64,000 nucleotides of DNA from Nitrosopumilus sp. (GTDB lineage: Archaea; Thermoproteota; Nitrososphaeria; Nitrososphaerales; Nitrosopumilaceae): assembly GCA_965205215.1 (NCBI GenBank), contig OZ242041.1, forward strand, positions 1,440,001 through 1,504,000, read 5' to 3'. The notes under the pieces are model-generated. The model worked only from the letters and a program-made list of their open reading frames with translations. It was not told the origin of the DNA and did no database searches. A program made the translations under genes and the position numbers. Shown piece after piece: positions 15,121 through 24,903 of this stretch. The stretch's first letter is position 1, and the number at the start of each line of letters is the position of its first letter.

Positions 15121-15558
15121 ATGAATGGTAATAGCAACCAGTATGATCCTACAAGGATGTTCCAGGACTGGATACAGAGAGGCGGTGAGGCGCAGGCCGA
15201 GTTTGTCAAGAACTTCGGCTCGCTGATGACCGCTGCAGGCCAGACTCCGGGGACGTTCAACCCGCTTGAGACGCTGCGTCAGATGTCCGAGACGGCTCAG
15301 AGCGCGCAGTCTAGGATGATGGAGAACGTCTCTAGCATGCAGAGTAGGGGCATGGATGCCGTGATTGGCATGGGGCAGGACATGATCTCCTCCATTGCCG
15401 GCTGGGGCGCCTACAAGACCACTGTCAGCAGCAACGGGCGGATCTCCATACCGGAGGCCGAGCGCAAAGCGCTCGGAATCGGGGAGGGAGACCTGGTGCA
15501 GGTGATCATACTGCCTATTCCTAACAGACAGAAAAGGGAGGTGAACAAGCAAATATGA
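15121..15558 (+). CDS. AbrB/MazE/SpoVT-domain regulator, PhaR-like
   Basis: C-terminal TTVSSNGRISIPEAERKALGIGEGDLVQVII AbrB motif; Q/M-rich amphipathic N-terminus; PHA context. Confidence 0.8.
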   Translation: MNGNSNQYDPTRMFQDWIQRGGEAQAEFVKNFGSLMTAAGQTPGTFNPLETLRQMSETAQSAQSRMMENVSSMQSRGMDAVIGMGQDMISSIAGWGAYKTTVSSNGRISIPEAERKALGIGEGDLVQVIILPIPNRQKREVNKQI

Positions 15559-16010
15559 CTGACAAAAGCAATAACAGCAACAACAGTAGTAACAACGCGT
15601 CAAGGCCGTCTTCAAACGACACGTTTGGCGTATTCAAGCAGAACCTTGACAAGATGTTCAACGGCATTCGGCAGTCGGTACCGCAGTACCACCAGGCCAT
15701 AACAAACGTGCAGCAGGAGTACCTGCAGGCATGCGAGAACGTTGCAAACTCTGCATTTGAATTCCAGAGGGAGGTGGCGCGCAAGTCCGGACTGTCTACG
15801 GGCATCCCGGAGGCTGCAGTACGCACAATCGGCGGAACGACTGAGGAGATTGCAAAGATTGCATCCATAAACAACCAGGTCATACTGACCACGATCGATG
15901 CGACTCAGCAGAACATCAAGACGTTCAACGACAACGCAAAGTCCTTTTCAAACATCAACCACGACATACTAAAGTCCTGGATATCGGCATTCCGTTTCAG
16001 GGCCAACTAG
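15555..16010 (+). CDS. phasin-like (PhaP-like) amphipathic helical protein
   Basis: 151-aa N/Q-rich all-helical protein, ATGA-coupled to the AbrB gene, near phaEC; function inferred. Confidence 0.6.
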   Translation: MTDKSNNSNNSSNNASRPSSNDTFGVFKQNLDKMFNGIRQSVPQYHQAITNVQQEYLQACENVANSAFEFQREVARKSGLSTGIPEAAVRTIGGTTEEIAKIASINNQVILTTIDATQQNIKTFNDNAKSFSNINHDILKSWISAFRFRAN

Positions 16011-16017
16011 TCGCGGC

Positions 16018-16051
16018 AAAAAGCCCGCAAGGGCGTTTTTCTTTTATTTTT
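16018..16051 (+). terminator. terminator after phaR/phaP-like operon
   Basis: AAAAGCCC-GCAA-GGGCGTTTT hairpin followed by long T tracts. Confidence 0.7.
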
Positions 16052-16272
16052 GATTTTTTTTCTGACATTGGTTTGGCGGTATGATCCGCCGATCCGGGGT
16101 ACGCGCACTTGGTGTGCGCGCATGGCGACGCATGCATTGCAGGTGGCACCGTCCGCCACACGGGCTACCCGCCACCGCCACCCCCTTCCTAATCTTTGGC
16201 GGGCTGGTTTTCCGTACAATGGGCTGTCCCCCCTTCCTCGCAAGTCTTTAATTCTGGCACGGCCGTCCCCCC

Positions 16273-16785
16273 ATGTTGGCAAGCGAGACGGAGCCGGACA
16301 GCCTCGGGGCCGAGGATATCCGTCTGGCAATAGACGATCTGCAGGCGCGCCTGGACAAGATGGGCCCCCCGCCGTCGCCGCTTGCGGAGGTCGTGGACTC
16401 TACGAATACACTGCGTACAAACGAGTACCTCTCCGCTAGGGACGTGATATGCGCGGAGCTGCTGTCGCACTATGCTCGGTATGCGCGCATGCTCGAGTCG
16501 GTGGTGAGGGACGCGCTTGACGTGCAGTCAGGACTCTTGGAGGTGCTAAGGGCGCAGTCGGAGCTGCTTGAAGATGGAAAGCCGCCTGCCCGCACGCGTG
16601 CCGCCAAGGCCGCCAAGGGAAGGAGCAAGGGCCGCGGCAGCGGCAGCAGTGGTGACAAAAAGACTGCGGCAGCATCCGCCGGCGGGCGCAAGACCGGCGG
16701 CAGGACGCCTGCAAAAAAGAGGGTGCGGACGACAGCCAGTCCAAGGCCGGCGGCCGCGGGAAGGCCCCGCACCGGGCGGGCCTGA
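16273..16785 (+). CDS. hypothetical coiled-coil protein with basic K/R/A/G-rich C-terminal tail
   Basis: Helical N-terminal ~100 aa, then RAAKAAKGRSKGRG...PAKKRVR tail; TATA-like CTTTAATT upstream. Confidence 0.7.
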   Translation: MLASETEPDSLGAEDIRLAIDDLQARLDKMGPPPSPLAEVVDSTNTLRTNEYLSARDVICAELLSHYARYARMLESVVRDALDVQSGLLEVLRAQSELLEDGKPPARTRAAKAAKGRSKGRGSGSSGDKKTAAASAGGRKTGGRTPAKKRVRTTASPRPAAAGRPRTGRA

Positions 16786-16862
16786 CCCCTGATACACGCC
16801 ATATGCAAGAGTACGCGTACGCCGGCACCGGACGGCCGTAACTGGCACTCGCCGATCCAAGA

Positions 16863-17963
16863 TCATGCAGCGTATTCCAGGCTTCCTGCCATGAGCTCGA
16901 CCTGCCTCCGGCCGTCCCTGCCCGGACCGTCCGTTCTGACCACAAGCATGCCGCCGTCGTTTATTCGGGTGGCGGTTCCGGTGACCTTTTGGCCGTCAAC
17001 GGTTGCGCTGACCCTCCTGCCGATGGTCGACGATCTCTTGGCCCACTCCGACGTTATGGCCTTGGTCCTCCCGCCAAGCAGCATGCCGTATGCGGCGTCG
17101 AGCCTGCGGAGCATTGTTCTTACCAGCTCCACCTTGGATGGCGTCCTCGGCGTGCCGGCCGATTCGGCCTCTTGCCTGAGCGACGCCGCGCCGTAAAAAC
17201 CGGGCGTGCCTGAAAACGTTTTTTCTATGCCCTTTGCATCCACGTCAAAGTTGACCCCTATCCCGAGACGCACGTTCTGTATGCGGTCGAGCTCCATCTC
17301 GGCCTCTGTTATTATTCCCGCCACCTTTCTTCCCCGGATCGTCACATCGTTGGGCCACCTGAGCTCGGGCTTTATGCCGTACGCCTCCTCTATGGACTCC
17401 GCCACTGCAACGCCGGCCGCTATGGGTAGCAGGGACGCGGTTGCAGCCCTGCAGTCCGGATGCAGCACGACGGACATCCATATGCCGCCGCGCGGGGCCG
17501 CCCACCTCTTCCCTGTTCTGCCCCTTGCGTTGGACTGCGTGGCCGATATGACGACGGCCCCGTCGTTTCCGGGCATCCCTGCCAGAGTCGCCGCGACGTC
17601 CTGGGTGGAGCCGGCAGTGCCCACGTCATCGTAATAGTACGCCCTCTTGCCCACCGTGCTGGTCCCTATGCCCTCTGTGATCTCCCACGGGTATGGCTCG
17701 CCGCTTGAACCCCTCAGCCTGTATCCGACCTTTTGCCTCGACTCTACGTCGTATCCCAGGCTCCGCAGCGTTCTGATGTGTTTCCACACCGCCACCCTGC
17801 TGATGCCCAGCACGTCGCCAAGGTCCCTGCCTGAGAGGTATTCGGTGCTGTGCGCCTTTAGGAACCGGAGCGTCCTTGCGGGGCCACGGCGATCCGCCGA
17901 GTCGTAGTATGCGCGGCTACCGTATGCGCCGTCGCTGTTTTTGCGCCTCTTGCTATCCGGCAT
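16863..17963 (-). CDS. birA: bifunctional HTH/biotin--[acetyl-CoA carboxylase] ligase
   Basis: HTH LSGRDLG..LGISRVAVWKHI, GSTQD, Q..ARGRTGKRW, RWPND, KVAGII.E, LGIGVN. Confidence 0.93.
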   Translation of the reverse strand: MPDSKRRKNSDGAYGSRAYYDSADRRGPARTLRFLKAHSTEYLSGRDLGDVLGISRVAVWKHIRTLRSLGYDVESRQKVGYRLRGSSGEPYPWEITEGIGTSTVGKRAYYYDDVGTAGSTQDVAATLAGMPGNDGAVVISATQSNARGRTGKRWAAPRGGIWMSVVLHPDCRAATASLLPIAAGVAVAESIEEAYGIKPELRWPNDVTIRGRKVAGIITEAEMELDRIQNVRLGIGVNFDVDAKGIEKTFSGTPGFYGAASLRQEAESAGTPRTPSKVELVRTMLRRLDAAYGMLLGGRTKAITSEWAKRSSTIGRRVSATVDGQKVTGTATRINDGGMLVVRTDGPGRDGRRQVELMAGSLEYAA

Positions 17964-17968
17964 TGCTC

Positions 17969-18538
17969 TTAGAAACCAATGTCAAAGTCAAATCCTCCGC
18001 CGTCCATGCCCGCGCCGCCGTCGCCGTCCATGCCCGCGCCGCCGTCGCCGTCCATGCCCGCGCCGCCGTCGCCGTCCATGCCCTCCGGCATGCTTTCCGG
18101 CGGAACATACGAGGCCATGGGCATCCCGATCATGCTGAACATCATGCTGAACATCATAATGTCTATGACGCCAAAGAAGAGCATCATTGGGAGTATGGAG
18201 CGGTTGCTATCCATAAAGCTCCTCATCTTTTCTTTGTCACCAGACTTGTAGATGGCCTGCATCTGGCCCCACTTGGCCTGCATCTCCCGTATGCCCTCGT
18301 CTACCTTGTCCGAGCCAGACTTTGTGACGTGCAGCTCGATCTTGGTGCCCAGCCAGCCTTTCTTCTCCCTTACCGCTATGTCTCCCTGCCTCTCCAGCCT
18401 CTCGAGTATGGAGTTCAGTTCCTCGGGCGACAGCCTTGTCGTCTTTTGTATGCGGCCGAACTTTGTAATGCCGTTTCGTATGGCCTCAAGCACGATGATC
18501 TCCTTTGAAACAGGGGATCCGTCGTCGCGGTCTTCCAT
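17969..18538 (-). CDS. winged-HTH protein with hydrophobic segment and Gly/Asp/Met repeat tail
   Basis: wHTH-like N-terminus (ELNSILERLERQG..IAV), Met-rich hydrophobic stretch, GMDGDGGA repeats ending FDFDIGF. Confidence 0.75.
   Translation of the reverse strand: MEDRDDGSPVSKEIIVLEAIRNGITKFGRIQKTTRLSPEELNSILERLERQGDIAVREKKGWLGTKIELHVTKSGSDKVDEGIREMQAKWGQMQAIYKSGDKEKMRSFMDSNRSILPMMLFFGVIDIMMFSMMFSMIGMPMASYVPPESMPEGMDGDGGAGMDGDGGAGMDGDGGAGMDGGGFDFDIGF
17999..18083. repeat. 24-bp tandem repeat x3.5 (GCCGTCCATGCCCGCGCCGCCGTC)
   Basis: Exact units encoding GMDGDGGA on the minus strand. Confidence 0.95.
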
Positions 18539-18871
18539 GAGCGGGATTCTCCCGGTACCATTAAAATCTCTTTTTAATTCGTGGCGCCCACCCCTATGGC
18601 CGTTTGGCTCCGGATCGGGCGTGGGCGCCGCCATGCAGTTCCGGCGGTATCTGACCGCGCCGTACGCGGGTGGTCTGGACATCATCATGGCGCGACTGCA
18701 CGTGTACGAATACGGTACCCGCAGGGACTTGGTGTGCCCGCTGGGGGAGGGGAGTCGGATCCAAGGGCACGACCTGTTTTTATACGCTAATTGATCAAAT
18801 TATCTTGCATCAAACGATTTCGACCCGGGGGCGTATCGTCCTCCTTTGTCTAACTATTTATTATTGAAATC

Positions 18872-20452
18872 ATGATGAACCCTGCCATGACCGTTGATGA
18901 TTCTGAATTCCGGGACGCATCTGAGCACTACAAACAGCTTGCGACGTTCTGGACCGACATACTGCATCTGATGTCCAGCAAGCCTGGGGCGCTGGCATCG
19001 GTTGGGCCCATGAGGGCGCTTGCGGCAAACTCCAAGAAGATTACAAACGAGATGATAGAGATGAGTGAGGACATGGTGACGTTCAGCAAACATTTGACAG
19101 AGTATTATTCACAGCTTGCAGACACCTGGGGCGGGGCGCAAAAAAAGGTCAACCAGAAGATGTCGGACATACCACAGGACGTGGAGCAGATCGAGGCGCT
19201 CAAGCGCGTCTGGATTGACATGTTTGACAACGACTTTACCGAGCTCTTTGACTCGCCAAAGTTTGGCTCAAACTACGGCAAGCTGGTCTCAAAGGAGCTC
19301 GAGATTGTAAAGCACTGGAACAACATATCTAACACAGTGCTGCAGTCGGCCAACCTGCCAAGCAAGGAGGAGATCGACGACGTGTACCGCGAGATTCACT
19401 CCCTAAAGAAGAGGCTGAGGCTCTCAGAACTGGAGCTGCAGCGCCTGCGGCGCGCGGGTTCTAGCGCCGCTTCGAAGGGAGTGTCGGACTCGGCGCCCGC
19501 TACGGGTGTGGATAATGTACCTTCAGACCCGGAAAGGGGCGATACTCCTGCAAAGCCTGCTGCTTCCGTTGTGGCTGGCGATGGGGGCAAGCTGCAGCCG
19601 CAGGATGTTCAAGAAATGTCACAGTCGACACAACACAGACCACAGCACCAACCGCCGCAACAGCCACGCGGTGTACGGGCACAACCGCCGCGCCAGGCGT
19701 CGCAGCCTCCAGCACCGTCACGTCCGCGCGATACTGCACCATCCGGCGGCCCTGCCGAGGGACCGGCTCCCCGAGAACCGGAGAGCGGACTGCCTTCCTC
19801 AAAACCAGATTCAGTGTCTTCCCCCTCCGCACCAAGTCCGCCTGATCAACCCGGCGTCCCCCCCTCGGCACAGAACGCCAAAAACCCGAGACGACGCCGC
19901 AGGCGCCCCCGACGCAGGCTCTCAAAGTCGGGGCGGCCCGGCGGCCCCAACCCCCCCTCAATGCAGCCAGAGTCAGCGCCAAAACCCGCGCCAGTACCTA
20001 GCAGTCCAAAGGACGCGCATACTGCTGCTGTAGCGCAACATGCGCCAGATGCATCGTCCGGTTCTCTATCACGTCCACCGCAGGATGCGGCCAAACGGGC
20101 AGGGACGGCCCCTGGCGGCGCGGCAGGTGCACCTGAAGCCGCTGCCAAGAAAAAAAGGCGCAGGCGCCACAGGCCCGACAGGCATACCAGACGTATGCAG
20201 CAGCAGCAGCAACAACAACAGCCACAGCAGCAGGGGCAGTCGAGACCATCGCAGCCGCAGCCCGCCGCTGACACGCGCCCCGCGCCTTCTCAGGAGCCAC
20301 AAGACGTGCAGAATCCTGAAAACACCAACGACTCCGGGCGCCGGACGCGTGACGCCAGTGGTGATTCGGCCCGGCAGAATCCCCCCAGCAGCAAGCCCGG
20401 CACGGCCGCGGACGGTGGATTGCCCCGGAAGGACGGTGACACCGAGACGTGA
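18872..20452 (+). CDS. phaE: class III PHA synthase subunit PhaE with long low-complexity C-terminal extension
   Basis: PhaE-like core (KRVWIDMFDNDFTELFDSPKF, NLPSKEEIDDVYREIHSLKKRLR); GTGA overlap with phaC. Confidence 0.88.
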   Translation: MMNPAMTVDDSEFRDASEHYKQLATFWTDILHLMSSKPGALASVGPMRALAANSKKITNEMIEMSEDMVTFSKHLTEYYSQLADTWGGAQKKVNQKMSDIPQDVEQIEALKRVWIDMFDNDFTELFDSPKFGSNYGKLVSKELEIVKHWNNISNTVLQSANLPSKEEIDDVYREIHSLKKRLRLSELELQRLRRAGSSAASKGVSDSAPATGVDNVPSDPERGDTPAKPAASVVAGDGGKLQPQDVQEMSQSTQHRPQHQPPQQPRGVRAQPPRQASQPPAPSRPRDTAPSGGPAEGPAPREPESGLPSSKPDSVSSPSAPSPPDQPGVPPSAQNAKNPRRRRRRPRRRLSKSGRPGGPNPPSMQPESAPKPAPVPSSPKDAHTAAVAQHAPDASSGSLSRPPQDAAKRAGTAPGGAAGAPEAAAKKKRRRRHRPDRHTRRMQQQQQQQQPQQQGQSRPSQPQPAADTRPAPSQEPQDVQNPENTNDSGRRTRDASGDSARQNPPSSKPGTAADGGLPRKDGDTET

Positions 20453-21513
20453 CGATCAGCTCTAACATCGATCCAAAGCTGATCGAGGAGATTCTGAAAT
20501 TTGGCCGCAACGTCGTAAACGCGCCCCAGATGGTCTCCTCTCCGGATCAGATCATACTTGACGTGACCCGGCATGACGTGGCCTCTAGCATCGACAAGAC
20601 GCGCCTCTTACACTATAGGCCTCTGACCGAAAAACGACATGCGACGCCCCTGCTGATATCGTACGCGGTAATCAACAGGTTCCACATCCTTGACATTCAT
20701 CCCGAAAAGAGTTGGGTGCGCAGCCTGCTGCGCCAGGGCTTTGACGTGTACATGCTTGACTGGGGGACGCCCACCAGCATGGACAAGTATCTGGACTTTG
20801 ACGACTACGTGAACGGATACATGGACACTTACGTGGAATACATCAAGGACGAGTCTTCCGTAGAGTCCGTGTCTCTGCAGGGATACTGCACGGGCGGCAC
20901 CATCTCCGCCATGTATGCCGCACTCCATCCGGAGAGCGTCAGAAACTACGTGGCCACCGCGCCCGTCGTGGACGGGTGGAAGGACACCACCGTGATCAGC
21001 AATCTTGCAAAGCACATGGACGTGGACAAGATGGTCGAGACAATAGGCAACATGCCCCCCGAGTTCATGTACTATTGTTTTTCCGTGCTCAAGCCGTTTG
21101 AGCAGGGCGTCGAAAAATACGTCAATTTCTTTAGAAACATACACGACAAGCGGTTTGTGGACAACTTTCTGCGCGTCGAGAAATGGCTGGGTGACACGCC
21201 CCCAATACCGGGAGAGCTGTTCAGGCAGTGGATACGCGACATCTACCAGCGGAACCTTCTGGCCCGCAACAAGATGCACGTGGGCGGCGTGCACGTCGAC
21301 CTCAAGAGGATCACCATGCCCATGTTCATCCAGATTGCAGTAGGCGACCACCTGGTCTCGCCGGAGTGTAGCATGCCCCTGTACTCCGCCGTGGGAAGCC
21401 GTGACAAGACACTGCGCATATACCCCACCGGTCACGTGGGCATGATTGCAAGCTCCTTGTCCCAGAAGAGGGTGCTGCCCGAACTGGGCGCGTGGCTTGC
21501 AGAGCGCTCGTAA
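20449..21513 (+). CDS. phaC: class III poly(R)-hydroxyalkanoic acid synthase subunit PhaC
   Basis: TPLLISYAVINRFHILD, YMLDWG, lipase box GYCTGG (catalytic Cys), GDHLV Asp, TGHVG His; 354 aa. Confidence 0.96.
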   Translation: MTISSNIDPKLIEEILKFGRNVVNAPQMVSSPDQIILDVTRHDVASSIDKTRLLHYRPLTEKRHATPLLISYAVINRFHILDIHPEKSWVRSLLRQGFDVYMLDWGTPTSMDKYLDFDDYVNGYMDTYVEYIKDESSVESVSLQGYCTGGTISAMYAALHPESVRNYVATAPVVDGWKDTTVISNLAKHMDVDKMVETIGNMPPEFMYYCFSVLKPFEQGVEKYVNFFRNIHDKRFVDNFLRVEKWLGDTPPIPGELFRQWIRDIYQRNLLARNKMHVGGVHVDLKRITMPMFIQIAVGDHLVSPECSMPLYSAVGSRDKTLRIYPTGHVGMIASSLSQKRVLPELGAWLAERS

Positions 21514-21670
21514 CTGCGGATGTACGCGGCCGGTAAAGTAGTGGCAGGCCCCCGTCTGCAACCTGCGCGTATATTGCAGTGAGCCCGTCCTACACTGCGG
21601 ATGTTTGAACGGGGGGGGGGGGAAGAGTACACCGTTCGACTTTATTACGCAAGCATCCCTCCTCATACGC

Positions 21671-22918
21671 GTGGACGCCCGCGAGATCAAGGACGAGATT
21701 GCCAGACGGTGGCACAGGACGCTTGCGCAAGGCACCGGCACCGAAGCCGGCGGTGCGCGCACTGGGCGCGGCATGTCGGTCAGCGGTTCGACGCCGCCCT
21801 CGGTGTTCGTGGGCTCGTACGGGTATCCCAAAGTGTACGTGGGCCCCATGGTGCCCCCAGTACACGGCGATACTGCGATATTTGACAGCCCCGAAAGATG
21901 GCGGGGACTCTCGCTTGGCGATATCGTGGGCCTGAGGCTTGGGATGATCCGCGGGGTGAGGCAGGTGCGCTCCGATCTGACCGGCTCCGGAGGGGACAGC
22001 CGGTACGTGGAGCAACTGCAGGAGGTCGCCATGTCCTCGGCCCCTCTCGGATCGGACATCTCCTTTGAGGGGCCCGTGCGAGTCAGGACCGCCCGAAATA
22101 ACTACAGTGATGACACGGGAACCCCCTTTGGGCCGATCGGGCTGGTGCGTTCCGCAGAGTTCTCGGACATGCCGCGTCCCTCGAGGCAGATCGAGAAACT
22201 GTACTATGACACGGATGCGAACGCATCGGATGCAATGTTCTCGCTGTACGAGTCGGGCGTCGCCATGTCCGACATACAGAGATGTCTCAGCATTGGAATG
22301 CTCGGCTCAAGGCGCAGGCTGGTTCCGACAAAATGGAGCATTACGGCGGCCGACTCTGCGATATCCTCCCGGCTGCTTGGGCATGTGAGCGAGTGCGACG
22401 TGATAGATTCGTGCAGGGTCTTTTGCCACGAGCACCTTGGAAACGCGTTTGCGGTGGTGCTGTTTGAGAACCGGTGGCTCTTTGAGCTGGTGGAGGCGTG
22501 GCATGCGCCGGCCCCCGATGGCGGCAGCAGCGGTAGCGGCAGCGCTTCAAAGGCCGCGGGACGGGCATCATTTGCCTCAGACTGGGAGACCTCGCACCTG
22601 CAGCGCGCGCCTCAGAACACGGCGGGGGCATACTATGCGACCCGGCTCGGGGTTCTGGAGTATTTGGCAGAGAGACACGTGCAGGCCGGCGCGCTGGTGC
22701 TGCGGGAGATCCGCCCCGAGTATTCTGTGCCCGTGGGCGTATGGCAGGTGCGCGAGGGCGTCAGGGCCGCGATGAAGAACCCTGTCGCGGTGGCAGACAG
22801 CATGGCCGATGGCGTGCGGCTTGCCGCGTCCGCCACGGGCATTGACGCATCCGACTGGCTCGGACACGCCGATACCACAAGGCTTGCAAGACAGCGCACG
22901 CTCGGGGACTATGCATAG
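21671..22918 (+). CDS. nreA: Nre family DNA repair protein
   Basis: GSTPPSVFVGSYGYPKV.VGP, RRLVPTKWSITA.D, GAYYA.RL, PVGVWQVRE, C-terminal PIP box QRTLGDY; start set at GTG 21671 behind a TATA. Confidence 0.9.
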   Translation: MDAREIKDEIARRWHRTLAQGTGTEAGGARTGRGMSVSGSTPPSVFVGSYGYPKVYVGPMVPPVHGDTAIFDSPERWRGLSLGDIVGLRLGMIRGVRQVRSDLTGSGGDSRYVEQLQEVAMSSAPLGSDISFEGPVRVRTARNNYSDDTGTPFGPIGLVRSAEFSDMPRPSRQIEKLYYDTDANASDAMFSLYESGVAMSDIQRCLSIGMLGSRRRLVPTKWSITAADSAISSRLLGHVSECDVIDSCRVFCHEHLGNAFAVVLFENRWLFELVEAWHAPAPDGGSSGSGSASKAAGRASFASDWETSHLQRAPQNTAGAYYATRLGVLEYLAERHVQAGALVLREIRPEYSVPVGVWQVREGVRAAMKNPVAVADSMADGVRLAASATGIDASDWLGHADTTRLARQRTLGDYA

Positions 22919-23095
22919 GCGCGCGTAGCCCTAGTCTGGCGCCCGCGCCCCTGGCAAACGGCCCGCGCCGTACCACGCGCAGATGCACGCCGGCAACAAG
23001 TGACAAAACCTGCGCTTGGATTTTTTTTTGCCGCGATACAATCCAGTTGATCCCGTGCTTTTACAGTTAAATCCCCCGCCTGCGACACCACCGGC

Positions 23096-23941
23096 ATGAA
23101 GTTTGTTGCAAGCGGCAAGGTCAAGGACATCTACGAGCTGGAGGACGACCCGGGACACCTTCTGTTCCGGTTCTCTGACCGCGTGTCCGCATACGATGTG
23201 AAATTCTCACAGGACATTCCGCGCAAGGGGGAGATACTGTGCAGATCCGCCGAGTTCTGGTTCGACCGGCTGGATGTGCCGAACCATTTCGTGCGACGCG
23301 TTTCGGACACTGACATGGTGGTTCGACGGATGAGGATGCTGCCACTCGAGTGCGTGGTGAGGGGCTACCTGTATGGAAGCATGTATGACCGGTGGAAGGA
23401 CGGGACGCTGACGCTTCCAGAGGGCTCCGGAACGCAGCTGGCATCCCGGCTCTCAAGGCCCGTGTTTGATCCGACCACAAAGTCCGAGCATGACGTGCCG
23501 GTAGACAGAGAGGCCGCAGTAGGCATGGGGCTGGTCTCCGAGCAGCAGTACGGTTGGCTTGAGGAGAGGTCCATCCGCATATACGAGGACATGTCGCGCG
23601 TGGCAGACTCCGCCGGATTCATCCTGGCCGACCTGAAGCTGGAGTTTGGCATCCTCGAGGGCGAGGACGGTGACGGGCAGATGACCCTGGGCGACTCGAT
23701 AGGGCCTGACGAGTACCGCATGTGGCCCAAGGACGCGTACAGTCCGGGGGACGTCCAGACGTCATACGACAAGCAGATACTCCGCGACTGGCTTGCAGAA
23801 CACGGCTACAAGAAAAAGTTTGAGGATGAGCGCAGTGCGGGCAGGGCGCCGACGGCCCCCGAGATTCCGCCTGACGTGGTGTCGGCCATGACTCTGCGGT
23901 ACGTGGACTCTTTTGGCAAGATAGCGGGGAAGCCCGTGTGA
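23096..23941 (+). CDS. purC: phosphoribosylaminoimidazolesuccinocarboxamide synthase
   Basis: [49 protein letters not shown]. Confidence 0.97.
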   Translation: MKFVASGKVKDIYELEDDPGHLLFRFSDRVSAYDVKFSQDIPRKGEILCRSAEFWFDRLDVPNHFVRRVSDTDMVVRRMRMLPLECVVRGYLYGSMYDRWKDGTLTLPEGSGTQLASRLSRPVFDPTTKSEHDVPVDREAAVGMGLVSEQQYGWLEERSIRIYEDMSRVADSAGFILADLKLEFGILEGEDGDGQMTLGDSIGPDEYRMWPKDAYSPGDVQTSYDKQILRDWLAEHGYKKKFEDERSAGRAPTAPEIPPDVVSAMTLRYVDSFGKIAGKPV

Positions 23942-24010
23942 GATCCATGTCTGACGCCGTTGCAGGAAAGATCCGCCCGCATCGCGCAAAGTAAAAAATT
24001 GTGACAATCT

Positions 24011-24340
24011 ATGAGGCTCCGATACAAGGCATCCTTGGTTGTGGCATGCTTTGTTGCATTTTATGTGGGAATTACGCCCTTCGGGGCGATCTGTATTGAA
24101 CCTGCCAACAACTGTACTTTTATCAAAGAACTGGGGATAAACACCGGGCTGACAGTTCCCGGCGGTAGTAAAGACATTGAATATCCGGGAACCGTCCAGG
24201 GAGTGGAAGAACCAAATGTCGGAATCTTCATCTCAGATAACATTTCGTTCTTTGCCGTGATGGTAATCGCTCCTATGTGTGTTATCCTTGCAATTGCATT
24301 TATCGAAAAGCGCAAAAACTCCGTCCGGCCTGTATCCTAG
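24011..24340 (+). CDS. small two-TM membrane protein
   Basis: Hydrophobic N- and C-terminal segments, Cys pair in loop, basic tail; lower GC than flanks. Confidence 0.65.
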   Translation: MRLRYKASLVVACFVAFYVGITPFGAICIEPANNCTFIKELGINTGLTVPGGSKDIEYPGTVQGVEEPNVGIFISDNISFFAVMVIAPMCVILAIAFIEKRKNSVRPVS

Positions 24341-24503
24341 ACGACATCATACACGGTAAATATTGTCACGCTCCCTGAGCCCCGATGCCAGCGTCCGGCA
24401 TTGCACCGCGGTCCTGACGCCGCTCATCGCCTGTCGACCTTGATCTCACCTTCGACTCGAATTTGCAGGCCATCCGGTTTTGCCGTCTTGCCACCGGCTT
24501 GAT

Positions 24504-24553
24504 CCGCCCCCCTGCCGCCCCCCTGCCGCCCCCCTGCCGCCCCCCTGCCGCCC
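24504..24553. repeat. 11-bp tandem repeat (CCGCCCCCCTG)x4.5
   Basis: Exact tandem units; four G6 runs on the minus strand. Confidence 0.95.
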
Positions 24554-24903
24554 TCCCACGGCCTCGATCGCCGACCACTACTAAATTTTTCATATTACTA
24601 TAATTTACTTACAATAATACTAAAAAAATCATTATATCACTATAATTATAGAAATAACATGATATGTTCAATCTTAAACCATATACATCAAATTAGTCCC
24701 AATATCATACTACCACAAGTTCCATCATAGCGATCCTTGATGGGTTACTTGCCCCTGCATGCGTCAACATACTGCCGAAATAGTCAACATGCTATCATTA
24801 TTATCAGAATAGCGCCACGCACGAGGTTGGTTCAAAATATTTGCCCGGCAGGACAACAAATTGTGACATGGGCTCTCTTTAACGAACCCGTTGACTGGAC
24901 CGC

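Noticed and set aside
21605-21670. Poly-G phase variation within the nreA coding region
   Set aside because: The better start is GTG 21671 behind a TATA box, placing the G12 outside the CDS
20608-22059. 483-aa minus-strand ORF and other long antisense ORFs (33190-34200, 40231-41304, 62296-63285)
   Set aside because: These are shadow frames of well-supported genes in GC-rich DNA
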